Of a stretch of DNA of 53,683 bases, positions 40,255 to 48,343 are shown one piece after another (the stretch's first letter is position 1; the number at the start of each line of letters is the position of its first letter). The notes beneath the pieces were generated by a model, which did not search any database, was not told the origin of the DNA, and worked only from the letters and a program-made list of their open reading frames with translations. The position numbers and the translations under genes were made by a program. Location: the NCBI GenBank assembly GCA_030427365.1, contig JAUHWW010000003.1, forward strand, positions 1 through 53,683, read 5' to 3'. The DNA is from a bacterium (GTDB taxonomy: Bacteria; Patescibacteriota; Saccharimonadia; Saccharimonadales; SZUA-47).

Positions 40255-40298
40255 TTACACTAACTTTGTAATACTGTAAATATTAGTATTTATACTGG

Positions 40299-41519
40299 TT
40301 ACGCTTTGACGAACATATCCTCAATTAGCAGGTCAATATCTTCTTTAGTCTGCCCTTCGGCAAAGCTATCGAGATTCAGCCAACTTGCGTAAGGTACTGA
40401 AGATCCTTGAAATGTGAAAATATGCCCAGGAAATTCTGGACTGTCGTCTCTATGGCCAGTTCGCAGTATAAGGTTCTCGACCTTCGCGCTGGAAGGTGTC
40501 GCGGTCAAGCCGACGACATCACTCTTTACTGGTGGGTCTCTATCAATGCGTAGATGTCTACCAAGTCGAGTTAGAAATCGATGACTATCTGTGTCATACA
40601 ACATGACTGCAGGGATAGAAGACGGCTCTGCTTCGCGGCCATCGATTGTTCGACTCTCAAAATAACTATAGTCAAATTCTGAAGGCTTATCTGAACCACC
40701 AAGCGTAACTTTGCGCCCGTTACCGGTAAGCTTCTCACGCATCGATTTCACATAGCGTTCTACTATCGCAGCTGTCGATTGGCCATCAAGGAGTCGATCT
40801 TGCGCTTCTATTCCTATGTCATATTGATGCAGCGCTCGAATTTTATCTACTAGCAATTTACCGCCAACATAAGGCCTGTCTGTAACAAGGCGCCGACTTG
40901 CATCATGCTCAGAACGCACGAGTAATGGCAGCAAAACATCGCGTATAAATTCATCAGGCAAGTTACTATCAATGTCAGCATCCTTGTGCGGAATCGTTTC
41001 ACCAAAAGGAGGTTGCACTAAGCTAGTAACCGCACTTCTAACCTGCCACAAGGGACGATCATCGGTAGTCCCTGACCAAGCAGCAAGCATGGTTGATTCA
41101 CCGCTAGTCAGTCGTCGAGCGTTAGCAATAAATCTATGATTACCTGCAATATCTGATACGTCTTCTGTTCTTGCCGAGCTTATCAATGATGACGTGTTAG
41201 GACCACAGTCTTCGACTGATGAATCACTGCATAGCAAGTGAGTGCGCCAGTTTTCGTCATGCAGAATATGCCTATCTAGCTCGCCACGTACAAGAAAGCG
41301 AGGTGGCCTCACAAGCATCTGACCATTCTGCGTCTGTCTGACGACTACTTCCTGGAACACATCACCGCCAACAAGCGCTCCGAGCGCCTGCGCGATCTGC
41401 GAATGGTCATATGAGGCGCTCTCTGGGTCGCCTGCGGTTGGAATATGACGACCAATCACCTCATATTCTGACAATGCATCTTCGATACTTCGTAGCGTAC
41501 TCACAGTACCCAACATCAC
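40299..41519 (-). CDS. hypothetical protein G (cytosolic orphan)
   Basis: 406-aa ORF. Start GTG 41519 or ATG 41516 overlaps or abuts the stop of gene F (TAGTGATG). No TM and no NTPase motif. Confidence 0.6.
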   Translation of the reverse strand: MMLGTVSTLRSIEDALSEYEVIGRHIPTAGDPESASYDHSQIAQALGALVGGDVFQEVVVRQTQNGQMLVRPPRFLVRGELDRHILHDENWRTHLLCSDSSVEDCGPNTSSLISSARTEDVSDIAGNHRFIANARRLTSGESTMLAAWSGTTDDRPLWQVRSAVTSLVQPPFGETIPHKDADIDSNLPDEFIRDVLLPLLVRSEHDASRRLVTDRPYVGGKLLVDKIRALHQYDIGIEAQDRLLDGQSTAAIVERYVKSMREKLTGNGRKVTLGGSDKPSEFDYSYFESRTIDGREAEPSSIPAVMLYDTDSHRFLTRLGRHLRIDRDPPVKSDVVGLTATPSSAKVENLILRTGHRDDSPEFPGHIFTFQGSSVPYASWLNLDSFAEGQTKEDIDLLIEDMFVKA

Positions 41520-42166
41520 TAGCTATCCCCAGCTGTAGAAGCTTGAGTGAATATAGAGCGCATACCGTTTGTGACGACTCCACCTGGAGTAATCGCAACC
41601 CCGTCAAGCTCTGGCAATAAATTACGAGACATAATGTTCAACTCTTCATCCAAGAAAGCGTCTATCCAACCGGCAGGATTGCCATCATTCGCCTCTTGGG
41701 TAATTCGACCGCCTTGCCGAGAGAAAGTGCTGATAGTATCTGCAGTGAATAATACGCCTTTATCCAGTCGATATGGGGTGCCGTCATCGGTCGTTTGACT
41801 GGTTCCGCTATCTGCCACCCGGCATATTGCGATAATATCACCTCGCATGCTACGTCCTGCAAATACTGCTACCAAACGACGATACTCAAACCGATCCTCA
41901 CCTAATTGTTGCTCGCCGTAAGGCAATGACTGCACCAAATGAACCATTGATGCAGGACTTTTCCTGTGCCGCGCATCTGCTGAGAAAGCTAAACCGTCGC
42001 CACGCGCTTCGGTTAAGTCTGCATATAGGCTGGTCTGACGTGGCGGCATTGTCGTCGCATATTTTTTAGGAAACCAACGCTCTCCACCGCGCACAACATG
42101 GCGGTGGTTTTTAACAACATTTCGAAATTTCGCTGCCGTTTCAGCTCTAACTATGTCAGTATTCAC
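41519..42166 (-). CDS. hypothetical protein F (cytosolic orphan)
   Basis: 215-aa ORF with a GTG start, 18 nt after gene E. Confidence 0.55.
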   Translation of the reverse strand: MNTDIVRAETAAKFRNVVKNHRHVVRGGERWFPKKYATTMPPRQTSLYADLTEARGDGLAFSADARHRKSPASMVHLVQSLPYGEQQLGEDRFEYRRLVAVFAGRSMRGDIIAICRVADSGTSQTTDDGTPYRLDKGVLFTADTISTFSRQGGRITQEANDGNPAGWIDAFLDEELNIMSRNLLPELDGVAITPGGVVTNGMRSIFTQASTAGDS

Positions 42167-42184
42167 AAGTCGTTCTCTGCGTAA

Positions 42185-42760
42185 TTAGTTTCCAGCTGCG
42201 CAGTCGAGTTGAACTGTTTGTCCTGCAGTGAATTCAGTTTCATTCGTATAGCCGGATGCGTCTATAACACTAGCTATGTCGCCAGGCTCATTAACTCCGC
42301 ATCGATGGCGAATAACAGTCCATACACCAATGTCACCAGGGACAACAAATGCATCAGGGCTTACTGCTAGTTCTGGTGCGGCGGCTCCAGATGCATCACC
42401 CTGCTCAAACGTCGTTCCAGCCAGCGCGCTACTAATCTCATCAGAAGTTGTGATATCACCAGGAACTATAGGTGTCAGGCTATCTGATTGTGCATCTTCT
42501 GAACGTCCCGGTATTGGAATGTTAAAAGATGTTGCATCACTAACCTCATCAAGCCCATCATTGTTTGCTTCTATGAAGTTTGAGCCTCCTTTTTTGAACG
42601 CCCATGCACCAAAAGCTACCGTCCCAGGAATTAACCCTAAACATGCAAAAACAGCAATGCCAACTGCTGTTCTGCGGGACATACCGTCCAACCTTCTTTG
42701 TACGAAGTTCGCTGGACCTGCTATAACCCCACCCCCTCTTCTTTCTCCGCCTTCAATCAT
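42185..42760 (-). CDS. hypothetical protein E (single-pass membrane protein, LysM-like C-terminus)
   Basis: TM AVGIAVFACLGLIPGTVAFGAWAF. ATG 42760 is preceded by GGAGGA at 9 nt. The ORF is open to 42784, and ATG 42682 is another candidate. Confidence 0.55.
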   Translation of the reverse strand: MIEGGERRGGGVIAGPANFVQRRLDGMSRRTAVGIAVFACLGLIPGTVAFGAWAFKKGGSNFIEANNDGLDEVSDATSFNIPIPGRSEDAQSDSLTPIVPGDITTSDEISSALAGTTFEQGDASGAAAPELAVSPDAFVVPGDIGVWTVIRHRCGVNEPGDIASVIDASGYTNETEFTAGQTVQLDCAAGN

Positions 42761-42853
42761 ATAACTACTCCTCCAACCCCACATTGATTAAGATTTTTTA
42801 ATGCTGCTAGTTACAGTTAGCAACACCCACGCTTACATTTACTATACTACGTT

Positions 42854-45800
42854 TTATGCTGCTAGCAACCCTCCTTTCAAGAAAACCTGATACTCTTGCT
42901 CCATATGAGCCAGCTCACTCATCACTCGTTCTGCAATTTTTCGCGTTTGCGCATCAACAGCCTGGCGCCTACTTGGCGATAGGTTATCACTCGGTAAACG
43001 AATTGCTTCGTGTAAGCCATCAACAGTAAGGTTGCGAGGCAGGGTTGATCGCCACGGCTTTAGGCCTCGATCTCCTGAGCCATGCTCCTGGTACATCTCC
43101 CATGTGTGAAGCAATGAGTAGAAGGGATCTAAGTTATACGATGCATCTCGCTGAGGCACCCCTTCATTGAAATCACGAATCTGAGACAGCCCGTAGGAGA
43201 AAAAGTCGCTGTTCATATCACCAACTGCACCTGGTCGCCAGCCTGATTCACGACCAGTTAGTCCAGCGAATAACGCTGCTTCTTCTACCGTTCCGCCAAA
43301 CGTACGAATACTGAAATAAACATCTGAAGGCTCGATCGCTGGACCATAATCTTTTTTGATACTCAATTGCTCTGCTTGATCAGGGGTTCTTGGTTCATAA
43401 GATTTTATTTCATCGCTCAAAATAGGGGTGATGGCTTCTATAGCATCGATCCTAGTGACTGACTCCCGATTTGCTGGATTAGATCCTGGGTTCTCAGGAC
43501 TCGGAACCAGTCGCACCTTAGGCGGGGTCACTATAGATTGGCGTGGCATCAGCAATCCACGCACGTTGCTAGCCGAATCACTTCCCGTTTGTGCCATAGC
43601 CGCCCGCTGCATAAGTTCATACTGTGCTCTTGTCATAACAATCGGTTCATTTAAGAATACTGCCTGGTCACCTCCTTGAGTTGCACCTCTTATCTGCGGA
43701 GTTGTATCGGCAGGCGTTTCGACCGATGAAGCTGGCGTAATTTGGTCTTGATATTCAGTTAGCAAATAAAGAGGAAGTTGCCGATTTACATCAGTGTCTC
43801 TCCCTAAAATCCCTTTATCAGCTCGACCTGCGTAGTTATAGGTAACCAAGTCTTCAGGAAAGTAGTTTGCAGGGTTAAGAGCTGTAAAGCCATCACCAGA
43901 TTGTGCAGAAAATGGCCGAATCTTGCCAGTAAACTTTGCTATTTTTATATCCAGGTGTGGTCCTGTTGCCTTTCCGGTGCTACCAACATGCCCAATCGGG
44001 CTACCAGCCGTAACGAGCTGTCCGTTTTCAAGGCCCTCAGCGTAGTTGAGCAAGTGACTCAGCTGCATAACCATCCCGTTTTCAGCTTCTATCATTACAA
44101 CATTTCCGAGACCGCCGCTGTCAGGCTTGATGTGCACCTTGCCAGTTATCGGAGCATACAAGCTGTCTCCCAGTGCGGCTTTCACATCCCAGCCCTGGTG
44201 GTAATAGCCATTATCAAACCCAGGGCCATAATCCGGACTTCGCCACATATTGTGAGAGTCATTCACAGCAAAATCGCGGCCAAGCGGTGACATCACTTCA
44301 AGAATCGGCTGACCATCGACAACGTGTACGCCTTGGAGTGCTTCGTTCTGCTCGATAGCACGATAGGCTTGAGGTGCCTGTTGCCCTGCGGCTACCTGAC
44401 GCTGGTATGCATCAAGATCTGCATCAAGTTGTTTTGCAAGTGAATATATTAGATTTACATAGCGAGAAAGCGCATCAATTTTACCGTTTGCTCGAGGTGC
44501 TTCCTTGTGTGCCTGGACTGATCCGAAAATACTTCTATCTTCTACGTTGGATGTCGCCCAGTCATTATATTGATCTAGTCCAAGTGCCTCGATCGCAACC
44601 ACATTGCGCTCAAGAGGCATGCCTGCTTCTTGATGGCGCTGCAAAATAAGCATAGCGTCCGATACGACTCCTCGAATAGTAAAATCCAGAGCATCGTTGC
44701 CTTCTTTTTCGATACCCCAGCAATCATAGTTAATTTCAGGTCCTGCGTGGTACGCGACGTTGCGATCGTTCGGCATTGCTTGATGAACGGTGCCGTCTTC
44801 CATGGTGAAATAGTTTGCGCTCGCTGTGATATCGCGGGCTGCCATCCATTTCGCAGCGTCTTCCGCTGACGGTGCCATGCCTCCCATCCAATGGAAAACA
44901 ATACATGAGCCTGATAATTCTTTAGAGGACCGCTCATTCTTAAAGACATCTAGTTCCGCAAGAGACGTGTCGATACCGTCACTTGCAAATGCGAGGTAAT
45001 TTTGGGGGGTAATGTACTGCCTCGCGTGTTTCTCCAGCCAGTCTACCTTTTCAGCATAACCTTTTGATCGCTCGCGCAAACCACCTGGACTACGAACTGA
45101 GATCTTCTTCAGCTCTTGCACGAGCGCAGTATCGGGTGGTTCCTGGATTGAGGCCAATACATCACTATAGCTCTGAGGGATAGGAGACATATCAAAACTC
45201 GTCTCGGCGACTACCTCATCCGGCTGGTTTGTTGCAGCAGGGGTTTGATCATGCCAGATTGGCATCTCACCCGAAGTTGTCGGAGCTATTTGTGGTGTCT
45301 GCGTGGGCACCGATTGTCCATTGAACGAAACATTTACAGATACACCCGGAGCATTCGACGTTACCGTTACTGAACCGCCTCCTCCTGCAAACCCTGGGAG
45401 CACGTCCATTGACGGCGGTATAAAATCCCTATCGTATTCATCATCTCGGGTTGTTGCTTCATCACCGATTATAAGCACGTCGATAATCTTTAATAGCGCG
45501 TCACGACCTAACTCTATAGCAGCGTCTGTTACCTTCTCAAGGGTACTCCTGTCGTCAGACTCTTCCGCAATACCACTCTGCAATTCAGGCGCACGTGAAA
45601 AACTCTGAGGCTGAGCATCTTGTGATGCGGCGGCAAATCCATGGATCCTAGTCTGTCCTGGTTTTTGCCCAGACTGAGTTGGCTGCTCAACATAGCTGCT
45701 GCTCGCACTTTCAACTGCACCGCCGTCAAGTCGAAGTACAACACGCCCACTGTCAGGGAAATTCGGATTATCTCGAAGGAAATTTTCTTCAGTTAGACCA

Positions 45801-46090
45801 AGTCGACCATACTCTTCTAGTAGTGATTCGACTGATTCCCCACCAATCAAAGTTTGCGTTAATAGCGTCTCACCGTCAACGGTAGGCTCAATATCCTCGC
45901 GTGGCTGCGGAGCCGTAGGGTCAACATACGGCTGTTCGGGCTGAGGAGCCTGCGACTCATCTTGCTCAGTGTTTGGCTCAGTAGCTGGCTCTTGTGCGAG
46001 TACTTCGCCACCGGAAGGAAATGCTCCTGACACAGCACCGATGCCTGTCGCAGTAATAACCATCCCTGTTTTTCGATTTATCTTAGCCAT
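42854..46090 (-). CDS. secreted three-domain peptidoglycan hydrolase (amidase_2 + M23 peptidase + SLT-like lytic transglycosylase)
   Basis: 1078 aa. N-terminal signal/anchor. Amidase_2-like aa 390-545 (IVFHWMGG..AYHAG..CWGIE..AHKE). M23 aa 600-725 (HQGWD ... GHVGSTGKATGPHLDIK). SLT-like aa 925-1010 (GRESGW ... SYGLSQIR). GAGGGG SD. Confidence 0.85.
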   Translation of the reverse strand: MAKINRKTGMVITATGIGAVSGAFPSGGEVLAQEPATEPNTEQDESQAPQPEQPYVDPTAPQPREDIEPTVDGETLLTQTLIGGESVESLLEEYGRLGLTEENFLRDNPNFPDSGRVVLRLDGGAVESASSSYVEQPTQSGQKPGQTRIHGFAAASQDAQPQSFSRAPELQSGIAEESDDRSTLEKVTDAAIELGRDALLKIIDVLIIGDEATTRDDEYDRDFIPPSMDVLPGFAGGGGSVTVTSNAPGVSVNVSFNGQSVPTQTPQIAPTTSGEMPIWHDQTPAATNQPDEVVAETSFDMSPIPQSYSDVLASIQEPPDTALVQELKKISVRSPGGLRERSKGYAEKVDWLEKHARQYITPQNYLAFASDGIDTSLAELDVFKNERSSKELSGSCIVFHWMGGMAPSAEDAAKWMAARDITASANYFTMEDGTVHQAMPNDRNVAYHAGPEINYDCWGIEKEGNDALDFTIRGVVSDAMLILQRHQEAGMPLERNVVAIEALGLDQYNDWATSNVEDRSIFGSVQAHKEAPRANGKIDALSRYVNLIYSLAKQLDADLDAYQRQVAAGQQAPQAYRAIEQNEALQGVHVVDGQPILEVMSPLGRDFAVNDSHNMWRSPDYGPGFDNGYYHQGWDVKAALGDSLYAPITGKVHIKPDSGGLGNVVMIEAENGMVMQLSHLLNYAEGLENGQLVTAGSPIGHVGSTGKATGPHLDIKIAKFTGKIRPFSAQSGDGFTALNPANYFPEDLVTYNYAGRADKGILGRDTDVNRQLPLYLLTEYQDQITPASSVETPADTTPQIRGATQGGDQAVFLNEPIVMTRAQYELMQRAAMAQTGSDSASNVRGLLMPRQSIVTPPKVRLVPSPENPGSNPANRESVTRIDAIEAITPILSDEIKSYEPRTPDQAEQLSIKKDYGPAIEPSDVYFSIRTFGGTVEEAALFAGLTGRESGWRPGAVGDMNSDFFSYGLSQIRDFNEGVPQRDASYNLDPFYSLLHTWEMYQEHGSGDRGLKPWRSTLPRNLTVDGLHEAIRLPSDNLSPSRRQAVDAQTRKIAERVMSELAHMEQEYQVFLKGGLLAA

Positions 46091-47213
46091 CGTTTGCCCC
46101 TCGAGTTATATCAACGACCCTAAAGATATTGTTCTGAGATCCAACAATCTCAACACGCAATCGATCAACACAGTCAGGTAGAATCTTGTTTTGCCACATA
46201 AATTGCAGTAGTTCAGCATCAGAGAATACGCCTGAAGCGAGCAAATCACCTGTGGTCTGATCTGAAACAGACACCTCACCTATAAGTCGCTGCATTGAAA
46301 TTTGATAAGTCTGACCGTCAGGTGCTTGATTAACGATACTCCACTCAAAAATTACAGGCGGCTCTTCGTTGTTTGTTTCATCGAGAGGTATAAAAATACC
46401 GCTTCCAGGCTCAACTTCCCTGAGCATTGGTGCAAATCCCTGATCATGTAGTCTTTCCCCATCAGCTACATTACATTCTGTTGAAACTGCTGTTTGACCT
46501 TGATTCTGAAGGTAAAAAACGTCGTCACTCCGATCTGCTGGCAATCCTGGAGCGGACTCACCGTCATACCCTCCATCTGGACTTGGGATATACACATAGG
46601 GCGGTAAAGTAGTTTGAGATTGTCGATTAACCGGAGGAGCAGTAATATCGGTCGGACTAGCGTCAGCCGGTATGTTAGGTAGTGATCTGGATTGACCAGT
46701 ATTTTCTTGTTCATCACACCCAGAATCATTTGTCTCACACAAGGTATCACGGCTGTCTCTGAGCAAATCCTGACCTCTGTCGGTCATAACTAGCGCTGTA
46801 ATGCCAGCCAATCCACCAACAAGAGCTATCCATCCCCATGGTGCTCCTTTTCTCTGACTAGGATGGCTCCCAAAATAGGGTAGCGACCACATTCGTCCCG
46901 GCTGTTGCGTCTGGTGAACGGCTGTTCTTTCTTCCATCCTTGCAAGTCGCTCAGCTGCTGTCACCTCAATACGAGTGAGCACATCATTAACTCTCTGTTC
47001 AATTTGAGAACTAGACGAGGCTCCTCGTGTTGTATCAGCAGCAGGAGGAGGTGGAGCAGGCTGAGATTGCTGAGGTTCTTGATGAACATTTATATCAAGC
47101 TGTATAGGAACCGGTGCCTGTGGCGTGACCGCGGCGATCGGATCTGCGCTGCTCGAAATGTCTGTTTGGGGCTGCTCTGCAAGCTGCTTCAAGCGTTCAA
47201 TATCAAATCCCAT
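46083..47213 (-). CDS. hypothetical protein C (bitopic: P/Q-rich cytosolic N-terminus, mid TM, extracytoplasmic C-domain)
   Basis: 376 aa. TM GWIALVGGLAGITALVM at about aa 135-155. TAATG overlap with gene B and an 8-nt overlap with the hydrolase gene. Confidence 0.6.
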   Translation of the reverse strand: MGFDIERLKQLAEQPQTDISSSADPIAAVTPQAPVPIQLDINVHQEPQQSQPAPPPPAADTTRGASSSSQIEQRVNDVLTRIEVTAAERLARMEERTAVHQTQQPGRMWSLPYFGSHPSQRKGAPWGWIALVGGLAGITALVMTDRGQDLLRDSRDTLCETNDSGCDEQENTGQSRSLPNIPADASPTDITAPPVNRQSQTTLPPYVYIPSPDGGYDGESAPGLPADRSDDVFYLQNQGQTAVSTECNVADGERLHDQGFAPMLREVEPGSGIFIPLDETNNEEPPVIFEWSIVNQAPDGQTYQISMQRLIGEVSVSDQTTGDLLASGVFSDAELLQFMWQNKILPDCVDRLRVEIVGSQNNIFRVVDITRGANDG

Positions 47214-48343
47214 TATTTCGATCCCTCCACTATAGTTCCTAGTGTGACGTCAAAACTAGCCGGGACTTCTTCCATTCCCATAAGCGCGATTCTTTCATAA
47301 TCAACAAATCCAACCTCCTTGCCCGTATACCCCTGAATCTGAACAATAGGTCCGTCATAACTTACCGAGCGCTCTAAACAGAATTCACTAACGTGAAGCG
47401 ATCCGTCTGCTGGTGCAATACTGTCAGCTATACCAAGGGCCTCAAGCATGCCATTCACTCGCTCAACAAGGTCAGGACCAGGTTCCCAAATTCCTGTTAA
47501 GTTCATCGATGCCATACTTGGATGTATTCCTGGGCTCACAAGACTACGAAGCAAATAGCGCACATAGGTTTTTACTGCTGCATCCAGCTGCTGTGGTCCG
47601 TCTATCTCTGCAAACCCATACTTCCGATATACTTCGTTAAAATTTGGTATCGCAACGTACTCTATGAAGCACGGATCAGTTATATCACCATACTCTCCAA
47701 ATATATTCATAATCGCGTCGGCAGTTAGCTTGTCCTTGTCCGCTCCAATAGGTAGCCGATCTATCCAGTCATTGTCGATGTCAACGCCAGGTATACAGCC
47801 AGTTGATTTTGGATTGTCGATTGCATACCGACAGGCGTATTTTCCTGCTACCACCTTCGCCGTTCCAGGTCGAAGCAATTCATATTCCAATAATGAAATA
47901 TCTATTCCGACGTCATAGCCTCCGTCATCAAGCATAGTCATATGGACACCACCATCATCTCGAGCGAGCGTATTCACAACTGTAATTCCAGGTAGAACGA
48001 ACCTTCCAGCTAAAAATCCGTCTCGATCAACAGATACATCACTCATCCTATTACCGAATAACCTCGAAACCCTATCAAGGCTTGCATTCACATACACGGT
48101 AAACTTACCAAGCTTCTCGTTAATACGTATCTCCCCATCAGTGCCACCACGCCTTTCGACTGAGAGCTCCTCATCGAATGGATAGTCAAATCCAGCCCAA
48201 GCGAACGAAGTTTCGCCAATAGTATCTATGAATCGCTCAGCAGCATTATCGCTGACACTCATATATGAAGCTGCGCCAATGGTCAGAGCGGTCGCCAGCC
48301 CCACATACGACAAAGTGCTTCTACCGCGCATCGGGTTACTCAT
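47213..48343 (-). CDS. hypothetical protein B (signal-anchored extracytoplasmic orphan)
   Basis: Start moved to ATG 48343 (MSNPMRGRSTLSYVGLATALTIGAASYMSV), giving the 8-nt overlap ATGAGTAA with gene A. The post-anchor motif AERFIDTIGETS resembles the proteins at 16023 and 17449. Confidence 0.6.
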   Translation of the reverse strand: MSNPMRGRSTLSYVGLATALTIGAASYMSVSDNAAERFIDTIGETSFAWAGFDYPFDEELSVERRGGTDGEIRINEKLGKFTVYVNASLDRVSRLFGNRMSDVSVDRDGFLAGRFVLPGITVVNTLARDDGGVHMTMLDDGGYDVGIDISLLEYELLRPGTAKVVAGKYACRYAIDNPKSTGCIPGVDIDNDWIDRLPIGADKDKLTADAIMNIFGEYGDITDPCFIEYVAIPNFNEVYRKYGFAEIDGPQQLDAAVKTYVRYLLRSLVSPGIHPSMASMNLTGIWEPGPDLVERVNGMLEALGIADSIAPADGSLHVSEFCLERSVSYDGPIVQIQGYTGKEVGFVDYERIALMGMEEVPASFDVTLGTIVEGSK

